Shown: positions 30,122 through 38,005 of the stretch, in pieces | Numbering within the stretch: the first letter of the stretch is position 1 | How the letters are laid out: every line of letters starts with the position of its first letter | Assembly (NCBI GenBank): GCA_964621195.1 | Contig: CAZULJ010000002.1 | Coordinates: 19,665 to 83,664, forward strand | Reading direction: 5' to 3' | Length of the DNA: 64,000 bases | DNA from: an uncultured Candidatus Saccharibacteria bacterium | GTDB lineage: Bacteria > Patescibacteriota > Dojkabacteria > SC72 | Position numbers and translations under genes: made by a program | The notes under the pieces: generated by a model | Database searches by the model: none | Seen by the model: only the letters and a program-made list of their open reading frames with translations | Told to the model about the DNA's origin: nothing

Positions 30122-32265
30122 TGAAAAATAGTGAATTAATAGTTATTAAAAATATTAATAAGAGTTTTCCTGTTGGTGATAGGATAAATACAGTATTAAA
30201 AGATATATCTTTTAATATTAACAAAGGAGAGTTAATTACAATATTCGGCCCTTCTGGATGTGGTAAGTCCACACTACTACATATAATAATGGGTATTGAA
30301 AGGCCAGAATCTGGTTGTATAAAAATCTTCGGTATTGACTTATGGAAGATGAATGCAGATGACAGATCTGATATGAGGAAAAGAAACATAGGTGTTGTAT
30401 ACCAACAACAGAATTGGATTAAATCTCTTAGTATAATAGAGAATCTGGCCTTAACCTCCCAGTTACTTGGTTTCAATAAAAAGGACTCTATAAAAAAAGC
30501 AGAAGAAAGTATCTTATTAGTAGGTCTTAATGGATATCGAGATAAATATCCCTCCGAGCTATCTTCCGGTGAACAACAAAAAGCAGGTCTTGCAAGGGCT
30601 ATTATATCTAATCCGCAGGTTATAATAGCCGATGAACCTACGGGAAATCTAGATACAAAGAGTGGATATGATGTTTTAAATATACTGCAAAAGCTTGTGA
30701 GCCAAGGTAAGACAGTTGTTTTGGTTACGCACAATCCAGAATATCTTGAACATTCTGATAGGGTTGTGATTATGAAAGATGGGAATATATTAGATATTGT
30801 AACTAAAACAGGAAACACAAGAGATATTGTTGAAAGAAAACTCTTAGAAGATACGCCAAAACATACTAATGGCAATGATAGTCCTAATATTAAAATAGTT
30901 GAAGAAAATGACTATCCTGAGAGAAGTATCTTTACAAGATTTCAGCAAAATATCTCACTAATAATAAAATTCTTCATAGAATCTACCATTGTATTTATAA
31001 ACATCCTATTACTAAAATTTAATAAAGGAGAGATCCTAGATAGGTATGTAGGTAGTAAAAACAAAAAATTCTCAAAAGAAATAGGAAGCATCTATCTAAC
31101 GGAACTCTCTCTCAAGAATCTCTTCTATAAAAAATTCAGAACAATAATTACAATACTAGGAGTAGGTTTAGGGACTGGATTTGTATTACTTTTGCTTTCA
31201 CTTGGGTATGGCTTGGAAAAGGTAATTCTTGATGAAATAACAGAAGTAAAGGATCTTAAACAATTAGAAGTATTTCCAAAAGTAGGAAGTCTACTAACCC
31301 TTGATCAAGAACTCATAGAGAAAATTAAAAATGTTCCAGGAGTAGAGAAAGTATATAAAGTTAAGAGTATACCTGGCAGAATAAACTATGAAGGCTCAAG
31401 TACTGATGTTGTTTTGTATGGTATTGAAAGTGGCTATTTAGAGGATAGCTCAACAAAAAAAATAGAAGGAGAATATATTATTAAAACTTCCGATAATATG
31501 GATATAATGCTTAATAATGAATACCTGAATGTTCTTGGTCTTAAAAAAGATGAAATTGTTGGTAAGAAAATTGAGCTAGAAGTTGTAAAAACTATACCCT
31601 CAGATGAAACAAAGCAAGAGCCCCTCTCTTTAAAGATTGTAGGAATAGTAGAAGATGATTCCCCCCCAGTGGCATATATGAAAATAGAAGAAGTTATAAA
31701 ATACTCTACACAGGATTACTCACAAGCAACAGTAATTATTAAGGATGATTCTGTAATAGATAATGTCAGAAGGCAAATAGAATCCCTTGGCCTAGAATCC
31801 TTCTCTATCATGGATACAATAACCCAAGTAGAAACACTATTTACATATGTAAGGTATGGATTACTTCTCTTTGGAATAATAGCATTTAGTGTTGCATTTT
31901 TAGGAATGGTAAACACTTTAGTAGTATCACTCCTAGAAAGAACTAGGGAAGTAGGCCTTATGAAAATAGTGGGTATGAAGAAAGATGAGATAATGACAAT
32001 CTTCATTACCGAATCTATGTTCATTGGCTTCCTTGGAGGATTAATAGGTATTGCAGCTGGTTATGTAGGAGGTCTTTTCGTCTCTCTACTTGTATATATA
32101 CTATCGATATCTCGAGGAGTTGATTTTGTTAATATTTCATACATACCTTGCTCTGTTGTTATTCTTGTTGTCGTATGTACTACACTTCTTGGATTCTTTA
32201 CGGGGTTGTATCCTGCTAAAAGAGCAGTAAAGATACCTCCTCTTAATGCTATGAGGTACGAATAA
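30121..32265 (+). CDS. fused ABC transporter ATP-binding protein / FtsX-like permease (MacB/LolCDE-like)
   Basis: Walker A GPSGCGKST, signature LSSGEQQK, Walker B VIIADEPTGNLD; C-terminal 4-TM FtsX-like permease with a large extracytoplasmic loop; start overlaps the upstream stop (TAATG). Confidence 0.8.
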   Translation: MKNSELIVIKNINKSFPVGDRINTVLKDISFNINKGELITIFGPSGCGKSTLLHIIMGIERPESGCIKIFGIDLWKMNADDRSDMRKRNIGVVYQQQNWIKSLSIIENLALTSQLLGFNKKDSIKKAEESILLVGLNGYRDKYPSELSSGEQQKAGLARAIISNPQVIIADEPTGNLDTKSGYDVLNILQKLVSQGKTVVLVTHNPEYLEHSDRVVIMKDGNILDIVTKTGNTRDIVERKLLEDTPKHTNGNDSPNIKIVEENDYPERSIFTRFQQNISLIIKFFIESTIVFINILLLKFNKGEILDRYVGSKNKKFSKEIGSIYLTELSLKNLFYKKFRTIITILGVGLGTGFVLLLLSLGYGLEKVILDEITEVKDLKQLEVFPKVGSLLTLDQELIEKIKNVPGVEKVYKVKSIPGRINYEGSSTDVVLYGIESGYLEDSSTKKIEGEYIIKTSDNMDIMLNNEYLNVLGLKKDEIVGKKIELEVVKTIPSDETKQEPLSLKIVGIVEDDSPPVAYMKIEEVIKYSTQDYSQATVIIKDDSVIDNVRRQIESLGLESFSIMDTITQVETLFTYVRYGLLLFGIIAFSVAFLGMVNTLVVSLLERTREVGLMKIVGMKKDEIMTIFITESMFIGFLGGLIGIAAGYVGGLFVSLLVYILSISRGVDFVNISYIPCSVVILVVVCTTLLGFFTGLYPAKRAVKIPPLNAMRYE

Positions 32266-32282
32266 ATTTTAAATAAATAGTT

Positions 32283-33137
32283 ATGAAATTAACAAGATTA
32301 GAAAAAATTTTAATAGTTTTAATAGTTGGTATATTAGCTAGTACCTTTGTAATAACTAAGGTTCTTGCAGAACAAAGTACTGGTACTCCAAACTCTGAAG
32401 TCAATTCTGTGATCAAGGATGTATACGAGAATCTAGTTAATTTAGAGTATGGATCCGAGACAGGATCTAATGGCCCTATGTGGAACAGAATAATATCTTC
32501 TAGCTTATGGGTACCAGAGGGTACTATTACAGAGGCAGATGTAGTAAATGGTAAAACATTTTTTAATAGTAGTAGAGTAGAAAAAACCGGTACTTTAGAT
32601 TTTCCAAAATACGAAGATATGTCTTTACAAGCAAAAGACTATAGAGATTCAAGTGCCTCTACTACTTGGAGCTCTTGGACCTTGACAAGTGGTGCTGCTA
32701 CAACAGGTGTATACAAAGATAATAGGACGGGGTTATATTGGAGTGCAATGCTGGGTTCTGCAAATTCATTTACAAACGAATTTACAATAGCATCGTGCCC
32801 CTTTTTTACAACGGTACCTAGGGGTGATTATAACGGTGGTAATGTAAATTGTGGTAATGCTATAAATACCTGTGCAACTCTATCCCTTGATTTAAATGGT
32901 GACTCAACTCCAGAAACTAAATGGTACTTACCAACACAAGCAGAACTTATGCAGGCATATTTAAATGGTATAAACTTATCTACCAATACTACATGGGTAA
33001 CAGGGAATAATTTTTGGTCCAGTACCGAGAATCAGTCTACTAATACGTACGCATGGAACGCCTACCTTAACGGTGGCTATACCGCTATCAATAATAAGAT
33101 TACAAGTTATTCAGTTCGTTGTGTCCACAGGGATTGA
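32283..33137 (+). CDS. DGR target (variable) protein: pilin-like N-terminal hydrophobic segment plus C-terminal DUF1566 (Lcl-C / C-type-lectin-fold) domain carrying the VR
   Basis: N-terminus MKLTRLEKILIVLIVGILAS. C-terminus WYLPTQAELMQAYLNG....FWSST..........AWNAYLNGGY.....K.....VRCVHRD matches the DUF1566 pattern (W.LPT..EL..L...YWSS........aw.v.f..G........VRCVR). The last 41 codons are duplicated downstream as the TR. Confidence 0.8.
   Translation: MKLTRLEKILIVLIVGILASTFVITKVLAEQSTGTPNSEVNSVIKDVYENLVNLEYGSETGSNGPMWNRIISSSLWVPEGTITEADVVNGKTFFNSSRVEKTGTLDFPKYEDMSLQAKDYRDSSASTTWSSWTLTSGAATTGVYKDNRTGLYWSAMLGSANSFTNEFTIASCPFFTTVPRGDYNGGNVNCGNAINTCATLSLDLNGDSTPETKWYLPTQAELMQAYLNGINLSTNTTWVTGNNFWSSTENQSTNTYAWNAYLNGGYTAINNKITSYSVRCVHRD
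33012..33133 (+). repeat. DGR variable repeat (VR), 122 bp, at the 3' end of the target CDS
   Basis: 108/122 identity to 33511..33632 with no indels; all 14 mismatches occur at TR adenines. Confidence 0.85.
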
Positions 33138-33510
33138 TAGGAGGGTTCTAGTATAAGTATATAGGGTTGTCCGCCCTGTCTGTAATTGATATCCCATTAA
33201 ACTTGTTTTGCTGAACCCGATTAGCCTAGCAGTGAAAATGTAGAACACAGTCTTAAATCTATAGGTCTCTAGGTCGCTGAACTCTTGGAGAGTATAATAT
33301 CTGCTAGGCAATTTAAATATTGAAATGTCTATTTTGATATGTGATTATGACTTATGCAGGATCTTACATTCTCAACCTTGTTTTAGGCTCTGGTTTGTAA
33401 GGGGGGCGTAATATATAATCCTACTTGCTATACCCATTGGGTACTAAGATTCAAAAAGTCTTTTTATAAAATCAGACTTTTGGTGAGTAATATAAATTAG
33501 CAAGTTTCCG

Positions 33511-33632
33511 TTTTGGTCCAGTACCGAGAATCAGAATAATAATACGAACGCATGGAACACAAACCTTAACAATGGAAATACCAATAACAATAATAAGATT
33601 ACAAGTTATTCAGTTCGTTGTGTCCACAGGGA
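33511..33632 (+). repeat. DGR template repeat (TR), 122 bp, Asn-codon (AAY)-rich
   Basis: Non-coding copy of the VR. In target frame it reads FWSSTENQNNNTNAWNTNLNNGNTNNNNKITSYSVRCVHR; VR differs only where the TR has A. Confidence 0.85.
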
Positions 33633-33641
33633 GAATATATT

Positions 33642-33992
33642 ATGCCTCATGCAAGTAATACTTTATATTTAACACTATATAAATTTATACAGTATTTGTA
33701 TTGTGTTGTTCGCAATTTCCCCAAAGAGTACAAATATACACTTGGTGCAGATATTTTAAATCTCTCTTGGAAATCTCTTGATTATATTATTGTCGCTAAT
33801 TCGGTTAGTAACAAGGAGAAGAAAAAATATCTTGAAAAGGCAGTAGCTGTGTTTCTTAGTCTTAAATATAGATTAAGGCTCTCTAGTGATTTAAAACTGT
33901 TTAACAATAAGAGGTATGCGTATGTTCTAGAAAACTATCTTGAAATAGAAAAAATATTAAACGGTTGGCTTGCTTGGTCTAAAAGACAGTAG
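33642..33992 (+). CDS. avd: DGR accessory variability determinant (Avd; four-helix-bundle / 23S-rRNA-IVS protein family)
   Basis: ~116 aa; FPKEYKYTLGADILNLSWKSL..I..ANS......K.YLEKA......L.Y.LRLS.DLK resembles Avd / S23 ribosomal-IVS proteins (FPKeEkygLtsQi.Raa.Si.sNIaEG); start taken at the MPHASN ATG just after the TR. Confidence 0.7.
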   Translation: MPHASNTLYLTLYKFIQYLYCVVRNFPKEYKYTLGADILNLSWKSLDYIIVANSVSNKEKKKYLEKAVAVFLSLKYRLRLSSDLKLFNNKRYAYVLENYLEIEKILNGWLAWSKRQ

Positions 33993-35162
33993 ATTATTCT
34001 GAGGTTCGATATATTCTTTCAGTTTACCAAAGTGTTTGTTGTAGAGGTTGTTTCTTAGTAGGTAAGAATTACTCCATTTCAAGTGTCCAAATGTAGAATT
34101 AATGCTTGTACAAAGAGCCTTAATATCTTTTTGAGTGATATTTTCCCCTAGAGGTATTCTTTCTTCCATACAGAGCTTTCTGTTTATTAGGTATCCTTTG
34201 TTAAAGTAGTATAGCTTTCTTTCTAAATTTGCTAAAACCCTGTTTCTACACAGTGTGAATCTTGGTTTAACTATGTATCCCACAAAGTCTATTCCTTGGT
34301 ATACACTTCCATATTTTGTTTTGTTGCTCTTGATTTTTAATCTAAGCCTTTTTTGTAGGAATAACTCTACCTTTCTTTTGATAATTTCTAAGGTATCTAT
34401 ATCTTCTGAGAGAAATAGCATATCGTCGGCGTATCTCAGATAGTATTTTACCTCTAGTTTCCTTTTAATATATTGATCTACTTCATTTAGATATAGATTT
34501 GCGAAGAATTGCGAGGTTAAGTTACCAATCGCAAGTCCTTTACCTTTCGGTATTGTGAACAGGCTTTTATTCTTTGGAAGGCTACCTATTATTTTGAAAC
34601 TGCCTTTCTTTTTATAATTACTACATGGGTCATGGAATATAATTTTTGAGATTAGCCATATCAAATCTGCCTTGTCTTTTTTGTTGAAATTAAGGCGGTT
34701 TATTTCCTTTTTGAGAATTCTATAAAGTATTTCCTTGTCTATTGAATAAAAAAAGCTCTCAATATCGAGTTTAAGATAGTACGCCTGTTTGGTATTGTTA
34801 TGAGTAATTTTTTTTATAAACCGTTTCAATCTCCTTATGCCCAGGAGAGCTCCTTTGTTTTTTCTACAAGCAAGAGAGTCGTATATAAATTTTTTGTCAA
34901 TAGGTCTTTCAATATGATTAATAAGCAGGTGGTGTACAATCCTGTCTCTAAAACTTGCCGCAAAGATCTCTCTTGTAGTGGGATAGGTAATTACAAAGCA
35001 CTGAGACTTACCTATTGTATACCTTCTGTTAAGAAGTTCTTCATGGAGAATGTAAAGATTGTTTTCAAGAGATTCTTCAAACTCAGAAGCATATTTGCAA
35101 TTTCTTTTTCCTTTTCTGCATGCAGAGTATGCTTGAAGAAGTGATGATAGTTCAAAAACCAT
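33957..35162 (-). CDS. DGR-type reverse transcriptase
   Basis: RT domains with YADDMLF (motif 5) and IGNLTSQFFANLYLN (motif 4 with SQ, as in DGR RTs, instead of the QG of group II intron/retron RTs). 401 aa. Adjacent to TR and avd but on the opposite strand, overlapping the avd 3' end by 36 bp. Confidence 0.8.
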   Translation of the reverse strand: MVFELSSLLQAYSACRKGKRNCKYASEFEESLENNLYILHEELLNRRYTIGKSQCFVITYPTTREIFAASFRDRIVHHLLINHIERPIDKKFIYDSLACRKNKGALLGIRRLKRFIKKITHNNTKQAYYLKLDIESFFYSIDKEILYRILKKEINRLNFNKKDKADLIWLISKIIFHDPCSNYKKKGSFKIIGSLPKNKSLFTIPKGKGLAIGNLTSQFFANLYLNEVDQYIKRKLEVKYYLRYADDMLFLSEDIDTLEIIKRKVELFLQKRLRLKIKSNKTKYGSVYQGIDFVGYIVKPRFTLCRNRVLANLERKLYYFNKGYLINRKLCMEERIPLGENITQKDIKALCTSINSTFGHLKWSNSYLLRNNLYNKHFGKLKEYIEPQNNLLSFRPSKPTV

Positions 35163-35623
35163 ATCGCGATATATTATATAAATGGTATAGAGTAAGTATC
35201 TTGGGCCTAATAATACTTGGGAACCTATGCAAAATTATAGTGAATCTGCAATTCTTAACTATGAAGATCTTAACAGTTCAAGATTGTTACATCTGATATG
35301 AAGAGTTTTTAAAAGACATACAGATATATTACAGGAAAAAGTTGAAATAAACTCTTCCCGATTGTTGTTAACTATGTTGATTTGTATATTAGGGGCAATA
35401 GCTAGAAAGTAAGCTCTAAAAATGATATCATTACAAAGTCCTTGATAACCATGTTTTGTGGTTGGTAAAGAAATATTAAAGAATAATTGATTAATGAACA
35501 TTTTGAAAAATATATATACTAAAAAATATATACTACAAGAACTCTTTGATGTAGGAGATCGTAATTAGATCTTCCTATTTTTCTTCACCAAAAAAGGATG
35601 AATAAATTTTTAACAATACTCTT

Positions 35624-37144
35624 ATGGAGTTAATTATTGGTATTGTTGCAACACTCGTCGGAGGTATTTCTGTGTTTTCCTACCTCAAGTATGTACAGAA
35701 GTGGGTAAATATTAAGGATATTCCCGAGGAAGAAGTAGAGAGAGTTGCAAACAAGATAATCGGTAACAAGATAGCACAAACCGAGAAAGAATTAGAAGAA
35801 AACAAAAGAAGGGCAGAAGATAGACTCCGCGAACTTCGAAAAGAAACTCAGGAGCATGAGGAACTTCTTCTTGATAGGGAGAAGAAATTAAATGAGAGAA
35901 CTAAGATGCTCGATCAAAAAAGTGAAGAACTCGAGAGTGCTTCTGAGAATGTAAAGAAAATGCAAAGAGGTCTTGAAAATACAAGGAATCAATTGAAAGA
36001 AGAATTGGAAAGGATTTCAGGATTAACTCAGGATGAAGCAAGACAGAAACTTATGAGTCAGGTTGATGAGGATATCAAAAACTATGAAGCTAAGAAAATT
36101 AGGCAGGCAGAGAAAAGAGTAGAAGAAGTAGCAGAGGAGAAGGCAAGGCATATTCTTGTTGAATCTATGCAAAGAATTGCAACTGACTATGTAGGTGAAA
36201 CTACTACGTCTTCTATTAAAATTGAAGATGATAAAGTAAAGGGTAGAGTTATTGGTAAAGAGGGTAGAAATATCAGGGCATTTGAAAAGCTTACCGGTGT
36301 TGACGTTATTGTCGATGAATCTCCAAATACAATAGCTCTTTCATCTTTTGATCCTTTGAGAAGAGAGATTGCTTCTGTTGCACTTACCAAATTGATTGGT
36401 GATGGAAGAATTCATCCAGGATCTATCGAAGAGGCTATTAGAAAGGCAAAGAATGAGATTTCAATTGAAATAAAAAAGAATGGTCAAATTCTTGCAGAAG
36501 AAGCTGATTGGCCAGGTATAGATATCGGATTGTTAAAGCTTATTGGTAAGATGAAATATAGAACTAGTTATGGGCAGTCCTTAATGTCTCACACTATCGA
36601 AATGATGAGAATGGGAGAAGTTCTAGCTGCAGAAGTTGGAGCTGATGTAGGTCTTGTTAAAAAGGCATGTCTATTACATGATGTTGGTAAGGTATTAACT
36701 CATAAGATTGAGAGTCCTCATCATCATATTTCTGGTCAGGTTGCTCGTAAATATGGTTTAGATGAGAAATTGGTGAATGCAATTGAAGCTCATCACTTGG
36801 ATATTGAACCACAATCTGTTGAAGCTGTATTGGTATATATTGCGGATGCAATCTCTGGTGCAAGACCAGGTGCAAGAAAAGATAGCTATGAACAGTATAT
36901 TCAAAGGATTGAATCTTTAGAGAATGTTGCAAAGGAATTGGCTGGAGATAAGATTGAAGAGGTGTTTGCTATTAAGGCTGGTAGAGAATTAAGAATAATT
37001 GTTAAACCTGCTTTGATATCTGACGATGAAATGACTGTACTTGCAAAGGATATCGCGTCTAGTATTGAGAAGACTCAGAATTATCCTGGTAATGTAGAAG
37101 TTACATTAATCAGAGAAACTAGAGCTATTGAGGTCGCAAGATAG
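35624..37144 (+). CDS. rny: ribonuclease Y
   Basis: N-terminal TM, coiled coil, KH domain (GRVIGKEGRNIRAFE..TGVD), HD domain (HSIEVA-like ...LLHDVGK...HH). Confidence 0.85.
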   Translation: MELIIGIVATLVGGISVFSYLKYVQKWVNIKDIPEEEVERVANKIIGNKIAQTEKELEENKRRAEDRLRELRKETQEHEELLLDREKKLNERTKMLDQKSEELESASENVKKMQRGLENTRNQLKEELERISGLTQDEARQKLMSQVDEDIKNYEAKKIRQAEKRVEEVAEEKARHILVESMQRIATDYVGETTTSSIKIEDDKVKGRVIGKEGRNIRAFEKLTGVDVIVDESPNTIALSSFDPLRREIASVALTKLIGDGRIHPGSIEEAIRKAKNEISIEIKKNGQILAEEADWPGIDIGLLKLIGKMKYRTSYGQSLMSHTIEMMRMGEVLAAEVGADVGLVKKACLLHDVGKVLTHKIESPHHHISGQVARKYGLDEKLVNAIEAHHLDIEPQSVEAVLVYIADAISGARPGARKDSYEQYIQRIESLENVAKELAGDKIEEVFAIKAGRELRIIVKPALISDDEMTVLAKDIASSIEKTQNYPGNVEVTLIRETRAIEVAR

Positions 37145-37191
37145 GTAACTTCTAGTAGTCATTACTACAGGGCAATGATTAGAGTTATTAA

Positions 37192-37220
37192 AAGGGAGGA
37201 AAATAAATCCTCCCTTTTTG
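37192..37220 (+). terminator. rho-independent terminator after rny
   Basis: GGGAGGA-AAATAAA-TCCTCCC hairpin followed by TTTTTG. Confidence 0.65.
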
Positions 37221-37588
37221 TTCTTTCAGAAAGGCTTTTGATCAAATATTGTCCTAGAAAAATAGGGGGAGTTGAAAACGTTAGAATATATTGTAGACAT
37301 CCAAAAACGCTGGTAGAAAAGCTTTTTCTGGTAGTTTGCTCATGAAACCTTGTGATATCAATATGAATTGCTTCACGGAGTTAATATCTTATTCACAAAT
37401 ATTACCCAATCTTGAGGGGGAAACTCTTGACAGTAAAAGCTTTTTAGTAGCTACGGATGAAAAATCCTATAACAATAAGGTTCTTGATGTGACCCTTTAT
37501 TTACGCTATTTTAATCATGTGGTAGCACGAATCGGATGATATCAGGATTCGTGGCACCCGTATCTCTAAGAAAGGAGGTTTTAAACAC

Positions 37589-37861
37589 ATGTTAAAGAAA
37601 GATTTAGTAGAGAGAGTTGCAAAAGCTGCAGGTCTTACTAAGAAGCAAGCTGGTGAGGCTGTTGATGCATTATTTGATGCAATCACAGGATCTCTTAAGG
37701 CTGGTGATCCTGTTTTACTAACAGGATTCGGTAAGTTCGAAGTAAGAGAGAGAGCTGCTAGAACAGGTATCAATCCTAAGACTCTTGAGAAGATCAAGTT
37801 ACCAGCATCCAAGGTTCCTGCCTTTAAAGCTGGAAAAGCTCTTAAGGTTGCTGTTAAGTAA
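37589..37861 (+). CDS. hup: DNA-binding protein HU
   Basis: [26 protein letters not shown]...[22 protein letters not shown]...I...A...P.FKAGK.LK; AGGAGG RBS 8 nt upstream. Confidence 0.9.
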   Translation: MLKKDLVERVAKAAGLTKKQAGEAVDALFDAITGSLKAGDPVLLTGFGKFEVRERAARTGINPKTLEKIKLPASKVPAFKAGKALKVAVK

Positions 37862-37902
37862 GCAATTTCTGCCGGCATTTCTCTCTAGACGAGAGAATTA
37901 GA

Positions 37903-37930
37903 AAACCTGGGTTCCTGACCCAGGTTTTTC
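37903..37930 (+). terminator. rho-independent terminator after hup
   Basis: AACCTGGGT...ACCCAGGTT hairpin followed by TTTTTC. Confidence 0.7.
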
Positions 37931-38005
37931 TATTTAAATGGTAGTCTTTATCTTTAACTAGTTGCATGATACTATTTATCAAATATATGATTTCTACTAC
38001 TGCTT

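Larger units (their letters stand above)
33012..35162. other. diversity-generating retroelement cassette (VR - spacer - TR - avd - inverted RT)
   Basis: All four DGR hallmarks occur within 2.2 kb. Confidence 0.8.

Noticed and set aside
33957-35162. Reverse transcriptase as group II intron maturase or retron RT
   Set aside because: The flanking VR/TR pair with adenine-only mismatches, an adjacent Avd-like gene, the SQ (not QG) motif 4, and the absence of intron domain V/VI-like structure or an msr/msd-like inverted repeat all point to a DGR RT.
35259-35501. Minus-strand 80-aa ORF in the RT-rny divergent intergenic region
   Set aside because: No motif, low-complexity composition; this region more likely holds the divergent promoters of RT and rny.
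37336-37539. Plus-strand 67-aa ORF between rny terminator and hup
   Set aside because: No RBS or motif; it overlaps the hup leader hairpin and is likely non-coding 5' UTR.
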